In this document: one piece after another, positions 35,995 through 44,035 of the stretch
How positions within the stretch are numbered: position 1 is the stretch's first letter
Layout of the letters: each line of letters starts with the position of its first letter
NCBI GenBank assembly: GCA_964450265.1
Contig: CAYVCY010000001.1
Span: forward strand, 1-52,357
Direction: 5' to 3'
From: an uncultured Clostridia bacterium
Lineage (GTDB): Bacteria > Bacillota > UBA994 > UBA5500
Length of the DNA: 52,357 nucleotides
Notes under the pieces: generated by a model
What the model saw: the letters and a program-made list of their open reading frames with translations, nothing else
Databases searched by the model: none
Told to the model about the DNA's origin: nothing
Made by a program: the position numbers and the translations under genes

Positions 35995-36723
35995 ATGTCA
36001 AGTCAACCATGGCGTCAGTGGCTATTCCTGGCACTTAGCTTGTCAGCAATAGTGATCTCTGGATGCAGGGGGCAGGCAGTTGCGCTGCCTATCGACAGCA
36101 GCAGGCTCTCTGAATACACTGCCGCCTATCAAGCGGATGATCCTGCAGGAGGGCAGCTTGAATTGCGACTCGCACAATCTGACTCCGGCAATTGGACAGT
36201 CCATTCGGCTTTGGCAGCGCCTAGCGCAGAGCTGCTCTCTCAGGTCAGCCTGCTGGATGATTTCACTCCGGCTGAGTCGCGAATCGAGCTGCAGGCGGAT
36301 GGGGCAGAGTATGTGATCACCGCAACCTACGGTGACAGCAAGCTGACCATGCAGGCAGAGACACCTGACGGGCCTCAGTCTGCCGAGCGCAACCTGCGTC
36401 GTCCCTATTATGACAACGAGCAGTTGATGGCTATCCTGCCCGCTTTACAGCTGGAGCCGGGGAAAGCGATCAAGTTCGTGCTGATCGCCACCCAGAGTGC
36501 CACCAAGTTGACACCTGCTTTGCAGCTCGTGGCTGGGGAAGACGGAGAGGCCTTGGTGGAACAGGTGACCGTTGACGGAATCGTTTTCGATTGTCATCTG
36601 ATCAAGTTTGATGCGGGAGTCAGCGGAGCCCCAGAACAGGCTTTCTGGGTTACTGCCGAGGCCCCCTATAAGGTAGCTAAAGTCTATAACGGGGTCATCA
36701 CCTACACTTTGGTCGAACGTTAG
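35995..36723 (+). CDS. Hypothetical lipoprotein
   Basis: Has a signal peptide with a lipobox-like LSAIVISGC (Cys at about residue 23). The RBS is aggagg-9 nt-ATG. I recognise no family. Confidence 0.65.
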   Translation: MSSQPWRQWLFLALSLSAIVISGCRGQAVALPIDSSRLSEYTAAYQADDPAGGQLELRLAQSDSGNWTVHSALAAPSAELLSQVSLLDDFTPAESRIELQADGAEYVITATYGDSKLTMQAETPDGPQSAERNLRRPYYDNEQLMAILPALQLEPGKAIKFVLIATQSATKLTPALQLVAGEDGEALVEQVTVDGIVFDCHLIKFDAGVSGAPEQAFWVTAEAPYKVAKVYNGVITYTLVER

Positions 36724-36792
36724 CTGCGCACAGCAGCAGGCGCCCTCGTCAGTTTGATATTCCGGCAGGACAACTTTAAGGGAGGTTTATCA

Positions 36793-38400
36793 ATGGAAGT
36801 AGAACGCATTCTGATCAACGGCAATCTGATCACCATGGATCCGGCCCAGCCGAGGGCCACAGCCTTGGCCGTAGCGGGCGACAGTATTGTCGCTGTCGGC
36901 AGCACAAAGGAGGTCTTGGGCTTCTGTCAGCCCAAGACGGAGGTGATCGACCTACAGGGGCAGACGGTGATTCCAGGGTTGAATGACAGCCACATGCACC
37001 TGCAGTCAGTAGGCGCGGTGATGGAGCGAGTATCGTTCACTACGGCCAGATCTCGGGAGGAGGTGGTCCGGGCTGGACGCCAGTTCTTGGCCGATCATCC
37101 CGACGTGCAGTGGTTGCTAGGTAGGGGCTGGAATCATGAGTTCTTTGCCGATCGGCAGATGCCCACCCGGCACGATTTGGATCAAATCTCTGATCTGCTG
37201 CCGATCTTCTTTTCCAGAGCCTGTGGACATATCGCAGTGGTGAACAGCAAGGCCTTGGAGTTGGCTGGTATCGAGCAGCATCCTGAACAACCGACCGGCG
37301 GCCTGATTGACCTGGATGAGGATGGCTTCCCCACCGGTATCCTGCGAGAATGCGGAGGACTGGTGGCCCGACACCTGCCTAGAGAGACCGTGGGAGACTA
37401 CAAGCGCACTCTGCAAGCAGGTGCCCGCCTATGCGCAAGTTATGGCTTGACTGGTGTTCAGACCGATGACATCAGCGATGACATGGAGGCTAAACTGCAA
37501 GCATATAGCGAGCTAGTGGAGGAGGGTAATCTGCCGATCCGAGTTAACTTGCAGATCCGCATTGGCAGTATGGAGAAGTTCGAGCGTTATTTGCAGTTAC
37601 GCCAGCGTTTCACGTTTCCGGCGGACACGGTAGAATACGGCCCGATCAAGCTGATGACCGACGGATCGCTAGGTGGCCGCACAGCGGCGATGCGTGAGCC
37701 CTATGCCGACGACCCTTCGACGGATGGGGTGGCAATACTCACCCAGGAGCAGATCAATCAGATCCTGGAGGCGGCTCACGGCCACGGCTTCCAGATGTCC
37801 GGTCATGCCATCGGTGACCGCGCCATGGACCTGCTGCTCAACGGTTTTGCACACGCTCTCAGTAAAAGGCCGGTAGCGGATGCCCGCCCGCGGATTATCC
37901 ATGCGCAAATCACTACGCCAGACATATTGCAGCGCATGCAGCAGCTGGGTGTTGTCTGCGATATTCAACCCGGATTTGTAGCAACTGACTTGCATATGGT
38001 GGAGAGCCGCGTAGGCCACGAGCGCGCCCAAAGCACATATGCTTGGCGCACCATGCGCACGATGGGCATCCCTACCGCAGGTGGATCGGATGCGCCGGTG
38101 GAGAGCAGCAATCCCTTGATCGGCATTCAGATGGCGGTGACTAGACGGGACTTGAACGGTTTCCCAGCTGGCGGTTGGTTGCCGAAGCAATGCCTGACGG
38201 TGGAAGAAGCCATCGAACTGTACACCATGGGCTCGGCCTACGCCGCCTTTAGCGAGCAACGCAAGGGCTCCCTCACCGCCGGTAAGCTGGCTGATCTGGT
38301 GGTCTTGGCGGAAGATATCGCGTCAGTGGACGCAGATCGGATTCATTGTATTCCGGTGACAGCAACCTACGTTGGCGGCCGCATCGTCCGTCAGGCTTAA
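36793..38400 (+). CDS. Amidohydrolase-family metal-dependent hydrolase (YtcJ-like, Amidohydro_3)
   Basis: Contains ILINGNLITMD..AVAGDSIVAVG..IPGLNDSHMHL...GGSDAPVE. The ATG at 36793 lies 7 nt after agggagg. Confidence 0.85.
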   Translation: MEVERILINGNLITMDPAQPRATALAVAGDSIVAVGSTKEVLGFCQPKTEVIDLQGQTVIPGLNDSHMHLQSVGAVMERVSFTTARSREEVVRAGRQFLADHPDVQWLLGRGWNHEFFADRQMPTRHDLDQISDLLPIFFSRACGHIAVVNSKALELAGIEQHPEQPTGGLIDLDEDGFPTGILRECGGLVARHLPRETVGDYKRTLQAGARLCASYGLTGVQTDDISDDMEAKLQAYSELVEEGNLPIRVNLQIRIGSMEKFERYLQLRQRFTFPADTVEYGPIKLMTDGSLGGRTAAMREPYADDPSTDGVAILTQEQINQILEAAHGHGFQMSGHAIGDRAMDLLLNGFAHALSKRPVADARPRIIHAQITTPDILQRMQQLGVVCDIQPGFVATDLHMVESRVGHERAQSTYAWRTMRTMGIPTAGGSDAPVESSNPLIGIQMAVTRRDLNGFPAGGWLPKQCLTVEEAIELYTMGSAYAAFSEQRKGSLTAGKLADLVVLAEDIASVDADRIHCIPVTATYVGGRIVRQA

Positions 38401-38507
38401 CTGACGTCACATTAAGGACACGGTAGCGGCTCACCGCCGCGTCCGCGTCCTTTTTTGGCGAAACGATTGTTCTTCTGGTGCGTAATTACTGAAAGGGGGG
38501 AGTGCTG

Positions 38508-38936
38508 ATGGCACAAAAGGTGAAGGTAATAGTCCCTCGATTGATCGTCAGAAGTGAACCCAGTCCAGAAGGAGCAATCTTGATTGAGCTTCCGGAAGGT
38601 ACTGAGCTGGAAGTGGTGCAGCGGCAGCTACGCTATACCAGGGTGCGTTATCTAGGTGAGAGTCGTACGGTGGAGGGCTGGGCCTCCACCAATATGTTGT
38701 CAATCGGGCAATTTCCAGAAGGTCGCATGATGCTCTGTCCAGTTTGCCAAGAGGATTCGTGGAAAGCCCTGCATGCGGGGGTTCAGACATCCCTTGCCTT
38801 TTTCGCGCCGGTTCATCTAGGTAAACATGAGATTTTTAGCGCGGATGACAGTCATCTGGATTTAGAGGCCCGGGTTTGCCTCGGCTGCGGCTATGTCAGC
38901 TGGTTTGTGCCGCCGTCAGAGATGCGCAAGTTATAG
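38508..38936 (+). CDS. Hypothetical protein with an SH3b-like N-terminal domain and a Cys4 zinc-ribbon-like C-terminal domain
   Basis: LIVRSEPSPEGAILIELPEGTELEVV..YTRVRY.G....GWAS resembles bacterial SH3. CPVC...(~50 aa)...CLGCG provides four cysteines. The RBS is gggggg-7 nt-ATG. Confidence 0.55.
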   Translation: MAQKVKVIVPRLIVRSEPSPEGAILIELPEGTELEVVQRQLRYTRVRYLGESRTVEGWASTNMLSIGQFPEGRMMLCPVCQEDSWKALHAGVQTSLAFFAPVHLGKHEIFSADDSHLDLEARVCLGCGYVSWFVPPSEMRKL

Positions 38937-38960
38937 CTTGTCTCGTTTGCTGTAGTTAAA

Positions 38961-38986
38961 GAGGACGGCATCCCATTGCCGTCCTC
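38961..38986. terminator. Stem-loop between convergent genes (shared terminator candidate)
   Basis: GAGGACGGCA-tcccat-TGCCGTCCTC is a perfect 10-bp stem. The flanking T/A tracts are weak. Confidence 0.5.
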
Positions 38987-38999
38987 CCTGGCTGACCCT

Positions 39000-39581
39000 C
39001 TATTGACTGGTTTTCTCGTTTGTGTCCGAGGAAGCGTCTTCAAGTAGGTCAACCTGTTCCAGGATCTCTCGTTCCTTGCGCTTGGCCCAAGAACGCAGCC
39101 AGGCTACGTCTGCCCCCATTTCCGCTAAGTTTTCCATATTGCTTTGCACCTCTCTCAGAAACATCACCACGTAAGCCACCGACCAGAGATAGATCGTCGG
39201 CTGTTGGAGGAAAGGCGTCAGCCGATAACTCAAGCCGGCCAGGAAAGCGATCACAAAGTAAGCCACCAGTTTGACCACTGTTCCTTCCCACAGCTTGTCG
39301 CTGTGCCAGCCCGGTTCTTTGCGGCTACGCATTGCCAAAAAACGGGTGACGATATCCAACAAGGCTGCCCCCAATACCGAGAGCAAAGAGACAAACAGCG
39401 TTTTGTCGGGGAATAATAGATAGTAGACGGCGGCCAGCAGACAGCCCCAGACGATCTGCACTTGATCTATCGCCTTCTGCAGGTATTCTGCTGGGCCGGT
39501 AATGAACGAGCGAGCAAGAGCTTGCCCGATTCTTAGCCACATATCTTTCACCTGCCTTCTTGCCATATTGCCCGTTGTCAC
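39000..39581 (-). CDS. Holin-like membrane protein (Phage_holin_4_1 / TcdE-like family)
   Basis: The pattern LDIVTRFLAMRSRKEPGWHSDKLWEGTVVKLVAYFVIAFLAGL ... VVMFLREVQSNMENLAEMG parallels the TcdE/phage holin 4_1 layout (D..TG..A.k...S.....G..KK ... E.iSI.EN....G). It has 3-4 TM helices and a charged C-terminal tail. The start is uncertain (39581, or the ATG at 39542). Confidence 0.6.
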   Translation of the reverse strand: MTTGNMARRQVKDMWLRIGQALARSFITGPAEYLQKAIDQVQIVWGCLLAAVYYLLFPDKTLFVSLLSVLGAALLDIVTRFLAMRSRKEPGWHSDKLWEGTVVKLVAYFVIAFLAGLSYRLTPFLQQPTIYLWSVAYVVMFLREVQSNMENLAEMGADVAWLRSWAKRKEREILEQVDLLEDASSDTNEKTSQ

Positions 39582-39750
39582 AGCGTATGTGATCGAGATG
39601 AGAACAGTGCATGATGGCAGAGGCCAAGCGATTGGACCCAGCGCAAACGAGTTGAATCGATCGATGCTCTCATGTTATATTCAAGCAGAGATATTGCGAT
39701 GCTGATAAATGGCAAATTTAGGCTTGATGCAGAAGTATGCTGGAGGAAGT

Positions 39751-40437
39751 ATGAGCCTTAAACTCGGACCCCGTCTCAGTGCTATCGCTGCCATGGTTCC
39801 CGATCACAGCCTCGTGGCCGACATCGGCAGCGATCACGGCTATTTGACTGCCTGGCTGCTGCTCCACGGGAGAGCTGACAAAGCGATCGCCGTGGAGGTC
39901 AATCTGGACCCCGCTCGCCGCTCGCTGCAGACCTGCCGCGAATATGGTTTGGGTGCACAAATGGAAGTGCGGGTTGGTGATGGTCTACAGGTGGTATCCC
40001 CAGGTGAAGTGGATGTGGTGGTGATCGCCGGCATGGGCGGTGGCACCATATCAGAGATCCTGGAACGGGGCGGATTTTTGCTCCCGCAGATGCGGCGGTT
40101 GGTTCTGCAGCCAAACGGTGGTGGCAGGGTGGTGCGCCGTTGGCTTAGCAGTCACGGGCAAGAGATCGTCGATGAAAACTTGATTGAAGAAAATGGCATC
40201 ATTTATGAGATCATCGCTGCACAGCCGGGTGATCCGAAAGCACTGAGCGATCTAGAGCTGCTACTGGGGCCGATTATCTTGAAAGAGCAGCCGCAGCTGC
40301 TCAGCAGACAGGTGAGCGATCTGATCGGCGAGCGCCAGCACATTTTGCGACAATTGTCGAAGTCGGTTTCAGCCGAATCTGTGGCCAAGAAGGCTGCCCT
40401 CGAGCGGCAGCTGGCTGACTTGATGGCTCTGCACTGA
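39751..40437 (+). CDS. trmK: tRNA (adenine22-N1)-methyltransferase TrmK
   Basis: MSLKLGPRLSAIAAMVPDHSLVADIGSDHGYL..AIAVEV..GP.. parallels B. subtilis TrmK (YqfN). I prefer the ATG at 39751 over the track start at 39709. Confidence 0.85.
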   Translation: MSLKLGPRLSAIAAMVPDHSLVADIGSDHGYLTAWLLLHGRADKAIAVEVNLDPARRSLQTCREYGLGAQMEVRVGDGLQVVSPGEVDVVVIAGMGGGTISEILERGGFLLPQMRRLVLQPNGGGRVVRRWLSSHGQEIVDENLIEENGIIYEIIAAQPGDPKALSDLELLLGPIILKEQPQLLSRQVSDLIGERQHILRQLSKSVSAESVAKKAALERQLADLMALH

Positions 40438-40463
40438 CACGTGGGGACCGTCCCCACGTGTCA
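40435..40463 (+). terminator. Perfect 13-bp palindromic hairpin overlapping the trmK stop codon, with no U-tract
   Basis: TGACACGTGGGGA-ccg-TCCCCACGTGTCA. It shares the GTGGGGAC/GTCCCCAC word with the family-3 repeats. Confidence 0.35.
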
Positions 40464-40469
40464 CTCGCG

Positions 40470-40498
40470 TTGACATAAGCATTGTGCGCTGCTATAAT
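40470..40498 (+). promoter_or_regulatory. Consensus sigma-A promoter (TTGACA-17 nt-TATAAT) of rnpB
   Basis: TTGACA at 40470-40475 and TATAAT at 40493-40498. The RNase P RNA P1 helix begins about 12 nt downstream. Confidence 0.7.
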
Positions 40499-40510
40499 TA
40501 ATACTTGCCA

Positions 40511-40860
40511 CAAGTAGGCTAGGCAATCGCGGGCGCCGTTTGTGCGCCTGAGGAAAGTCCGAGCTCCAGAGAGCAGGGTGCTGGATAACGTCCAGTCAGG
40601 GTGACCTGAAGGCTAGTGCCACAGAGAGATACCGCCGGCTTTGCCGGTAAGGGTGCAAAGGTGAGGTAAGAGCTCACCAGCAACCAGGTGACTGGTTGGC
40701 TCGGTAAACCCCACTTGGAGCAAGACCAAATAGGGAGAAATTAAGGGCTGCTCGTCCGCTTCTCCGGGTTGGTCGCTTGAGGTGTCAGGCAACTGACATC
40801 CTAGATAGATGGTTGCCACCTCGTAAGAGGAACAGAACTCGGCTTATCGGCCTACTTGTA
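40511..40860 (+). ncRNA. rnpB: RNase P RNA (bacterial, type-A-like)
   Basis: Shows the universal GAGGAAAGTCCG(A)GC near the 5' end, AGGGTGAC/AAGGGTGCAAAGGTG, GTAAACCCCAC, and ACAGAACTCGGCTTA near the 3' end. P1 pairs CAAGTAGGC (40511-40519) with GCCTACTTG (40850-40858). Confidence 0.9.
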
Positions 40861-40911
40861 ATCTCTTGTATGCCACAGAGCGTGTGAATATCAGGGTTTT
40901 TTCAATGATCG

Positions 40912-40952
40912 AGAGGCCGCGCTTACACGAAAGCGCGGCCTCTTGCTTTTGG
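40912..40952 (+). terminator. Rho-independent terminator downstream of rnpB
   Basis: AGAGGCCGCGCTT-acacga-AAGCGCGGCCTCT is followed by TGCTTTTGG. Confidence 0.7.
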
Positions 40953-40979
40953 TTAGGAACGATGACCCTGCCGATTGAA

Positions 40980-41210
40980 TCACTCGGTGAGCAGAATATC
41001 GGGACGCACCATCTCCGGTTCTGGTTCATGGTGAGCTGTGTCCATGCCCAAAAGATGCAGCATCGGGCAGTGCCGAGTGATGCCTTCGGCTACTTTCATA
41101 GACCCCAAAAGTATCATCCAACGGGAGCGATCTAAGATGCCGCAACTGAGCATTGTCAGTCCGCCTGCAATGCGCAGGTAGGCGTCAGTGTCACCGACAT
41201 TTTTTTTCAC
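40980..41210 (-). CDS. DUF2892 (YgaP-like) small membrane protein
   Basis: VKKNVGDTDAYLRIAGGL.....G.......LLGSMKVAEGITRHCPMLHLLGM fits the DUF2892 pattern (NVG..DR.lRi..G ... CP.Y..lG). I prefer the GTG at 41210, downstream of aggaaggag. The N-terminal 35 codons of the track ORF (to 41315) look non-protein-like. Confidence 0.55.
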   Translation of the reverse strand: MKKNVGDTDAYLRIAGGLTMLSCGILDRSRWMILLGSMKVAEGITRHCPMLHLLGMDTAHHEPEPEMVRPDILLTE

Positions 41211-41367
41211 GGCTTTGTCATGCTCCTTCCTGAGGCAGATTGCCCTGCCCTTAGTATTCCCTTGCCTAGGATTATTTCTTCCGGTGGGAGAATAAAGGTA
41301 ATAGCAGGCCTTCACGGTCGGTCACGAGAGACTAAGATGACAATCACAGGCTTTGGAGGGTGAAGAA

Positions 41368-43224
41368 TTGCGAAAAGGATATAATCGGCTATTAGTGCCA
41401 TTTTTGCTAATGCTGCTGCTTCTGCCTCAGATTCCGGTAGGCGATGCTTTGGCAACTGTTCCCCTGCAGGTGCCGGTCGTCGACTACAACATCACTGTCA
41501 GTCTGGATGCCGCCATCCAAACGTTGAGCGGCAAGCAAACGGTGATCTGGACTAACCTGGGAACTGCCGCTACTTCTGAGATGTATCTGCACCTGTATGC
41601 CAACGCGTTTCTGCCTGGGTCCACTTTTCTAAGAGAATCCGCTGGGGGCTTGCGAGGCCAGCGGATGAGAAGCGATGACTTTGGCGAAATCGTGCTTCAC
41701 TCCTTGCAGTCTGGCACCCAGGACCTGCCTTGGAGCTATGTGCAGCCTGACGATGGCAACGAGCAAGATCGCACGCTTGCTCTGGTTGAGTTGCCTGAGC
41801 CGGTTGCGCCCGGTCAATCGGTACGATTGGCTATGTCATTTACAGTTAAGCTGCCCACCGTCTTTGCCCGCATGGGGAAGCACGGCCAGTTTGTGATGGC
41901 TGGGCAATGGTTTCCGAAAGTGGCGGCTTATGATCCAGCCGGCGTCCGTGGCAGGACTATCGATGGTTGGAATGCCCGGCAGTATCACGCGAACACGGAG
42001 TATTATGCTAACTTTGGTCGCTATCAGGTGACCATCGTTGTGCCCAATACCCATACTGTGGCCGCCACCGGGCAATTGGCCAGCGGTCCGAAAGAGATGG
42101 CCGGGCAGCGCCGGCAATATGTCTTTGTGGCTGACCGGGTACATGATTTTGCCTGGGCTGCGGACAGCAACTTCATTCAGCGACAGACAGTGCTTGAGTC
42201 AATCGATCAACCGGCGATTACGGTGCAATTGTATCTGCAGCCGGAACACGACGGCCTAGCAGACCACTATTTCTTAGCAGCTGAGGAGACGTTGACCAGG
42301 TTAGCCGAATGGCTGGGCCCCTATCCTTATCCGGTGCTCAATCTAGTCTGTCCGACAGCTGGTGCCATGGGAGCTGGTGGCATGGAGTATCCGATGTTGG
42401 TGACCGGCTGGGATGGGAGCATGCAGAATTTGCACTCGCTGCACACCGTGTTGGTGCATGAGATCATCCATCAGTTCTTTTATGGTCTGGTTGCTTCCAA
42501 CGAGTTTGAAGAAGCGTGGCTGGATGAGGGGTTCACCAGCTATCTGGAAGATAAAATCATGGAGCAGGCATTCGGCCGTTCCGTACAGCCAGCTGTGGAG
42601 GCAACGGCTATCCATAGTCCGGAACCATTAGTCTTGGAGGGGTGGGATTATTCGAGTACCTACGCCTACCAGAGCAACGCTTACATCCGCGGCAAGCTGA
42701 TTTTGCATGAGTTGGAACGGCGTCTGGGATGGGACCTGATGCGAGAGGTGCTCAGGGAGTATTTTCGCCAATACTCTTTTGGGCATCCCTGCACAGCAGA
42801 CTTTCAGCGGGTCTTGGAGGAAGTGAGTGGGGAAGACTTTGACCTGTTCTTTGCCGATTATGTCTATGGGGCAGGCATGCAGGATTTGTCTATCGAACAT
42901 ATGACCACTGAGGCTCTAGGAGACGGCTTCAGCAGCACCGTGTGGGTTGCTCAACCTCATTCCGATCGCTTGTCGGTCAGGTTATGGGCTCGCTATGGGG
43001 ATCAGAGCGGGCAAGAGCTGACTATCGACTTGGACGGAAACGAGCACGAGTATACCTGGCAGCACGTGCAACCGTTGATCAGCCTGGAATTGGACCCGGA
43101 ACCTTACCAGGTGATCTTGGATAACGTGCGCATCAACAACCTTTACGCGGTTCGTTCGACCGGCCGCTGGGCAATGCTGTTTAGCTATTTTCTCCATCTG
43201 CTTAGTCAATGGATAGGCTGGTAG
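41368..43224 (+). CDS. Secreted M1-family zinc metallopeptidase (gluzincin aminopeptidase N-like)
   Basis: HEIIHQFF-(18 aa)-WLDEGFTSY gives the HExxH...E zinc site. There is an N-terminal signal/anchor (LLVPFLLMLLLLPQ). I prefer the TTG at 41368 (ggaggg-7 nt); the track start is 41353. Confidence 0.85.
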   Translation: MRKGYNRLLVPFLLMLLLLPQIPVGDALATVPLQVPVVDYNITVSLDAAIQTLSGKQTVIWTNLGTAATSEMYLHLYANAFLPGSTFLRESAGGLRGQRMRSDDFGEIVLHSLQSGTQDLPWSYVQPDDGNEQDRTLALVELPEPVAPGQSVRLAMSFTVKLPTVFARMGKHGQFVMAGQWFPKVAAYDPAGVRGRTIDGWNARQYHANTEYYANFGRYQVTIVVPNTHTVAATGQLASGPKEMAGQRRQYVFVADRVHDFAWAADSNFIQRQTVLESIDQPAITVQLYLQPEHDGLADHYFLAAEETLTRLAEWLGPYPYPVLNLVCPTAGAMGAGGMEYPMLVTGWDGSMQNLHSLHTVLVHEIIHQFFYGLVASNEFEEAWLDEGFTSYLEDKIMEQAFGRSVQPAVEATAIHSPEPLVLEGWDYSSTYAYQSNAYIRGKLILHELERRLGWDLMREVLREYFRQYSFGHPCTADFQRVLEEVSGEDFDLFFADYVYGAGMQDLSIEHMTTEALGDGFSSTVWVAQPHSDRLSVRLWARYGDQSGQELTIDLDGNEHEYTWQHVQPLISLELDPEPYQVILDNVRINNLYAVRSTGRWAMLFSYFLHLLSQWIGW

Positions 43225-43226
43225 CG

Positions 43227-43982
43227 ATGAAAGCTAGTCAACTGTTGCGACGAAGTCACCAACGGCTCTTGACCACTGGCCTGCTAGGGCTATCAGTCCT
43301 GTGGTCGCTCGGTAGCCTACTCTGGTTCTATTGGCCCAGCCAAGTGTTGCTCAGTCCGTGGTCCGCCAGACTGTCTGCCGCTACTCGTTTGGATCTGGCA
43401 GCGCTGCGCCTGCTCCTAGGAGAGGCGCGGCAGATCGGTCTGCTGGGCTGGATATCCGTTCTCTTTCTCTTGCGCTGGTTGCTTACACCGGCGGTGGAGG
43501 CCTTTGTTTTTGGACGCTTGATGCAGATGCCAAGGAAGAGCATCGCCTTTGGTGCTTTCTACCGGCTTCACGTGTTGGTGACATTGTCCGGCTGCTTGGT
43601 GGCATTGCTGATCTATGTCAGTCGCGGTTTCTGGCTAGACATGCTGCAGCGTCATCCGCTGCATCTGGCGTTGCCGGTCCTATTGGGTGCGTCGCTGGCG
43701 TGGTTCGCTGGCTGGCTGATATCGTGGCGACGGAGTAGTCTAGCTGCCGGCAAGCTCCAAATTACTTGGCCACCGCTGTCACAAACCCTGTCGGTAGGCT
43801 TCGCCCAGAGTTTGCTCGGCGGCGGCTTCGGCTTGGCGCTGCTGTCACTGAATCGGTGGTTGCTGCAGCAGGAAGGGATGATCTTGGTGCTTGCCTTACT
43901 GCTAGCCAGTATTGTGCGCACCTATGGACGCCTCTGGAAGTTGGCTTGTGCAGTCAGCGCCTGGCAAGACGGCCATCGGTAA
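43227..43982 (+). CDS. Hypothetical polytopic membrane protein, tightly coupled to the M1 peptidase gene
   Basis: It has about six hydrophobic helices. The start is either the ATG at 43227 (2 nt after the peptidase stop) or 43209 (overlapping it). I recognise no family. Confidence 0.5.
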   Translation: MKASQLLRRSHQRLLTTGLLGLSVLWSLGSLLWFYWPSQVLLSPWSARLSAATRLDLAALRLLLGEARQIGLLGWISVLFLLRWLLTPAVEAFVFGRLMQMPRKSIAFGAFYRLHVLVTLSGCLVALLIYVSRGFWLDMLQRHPLHLALPVLLGASLAWFAGWLISWRRSSLAAGKLQITWPPLSQTLSVGFAQSLLGGGFGLALLSLNRWLLQQEGMILVLALLLASIVRTYGRLWKLACAVSAWQDGHR

Positions 43983-44035
43983 AGGTCTGGCGATCTCGAG
44001 TGCCGGGTACAACCGGTGGTGCCAGTTGTAATAGC

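Noticed and set aside
29338-39708. A genomic island or prophage integrated at tRNA-Val
   Set aside because: There are no integrase, recombinase, transposase or phage structural genes. I could find no direct repeat of the tRNA-Val 3' end (GGTTCGAGCCCTGTTGCGCCCACCA) near 39.6 kb or elsewhere in the window. I kept it only as a 'variable segment' observation.
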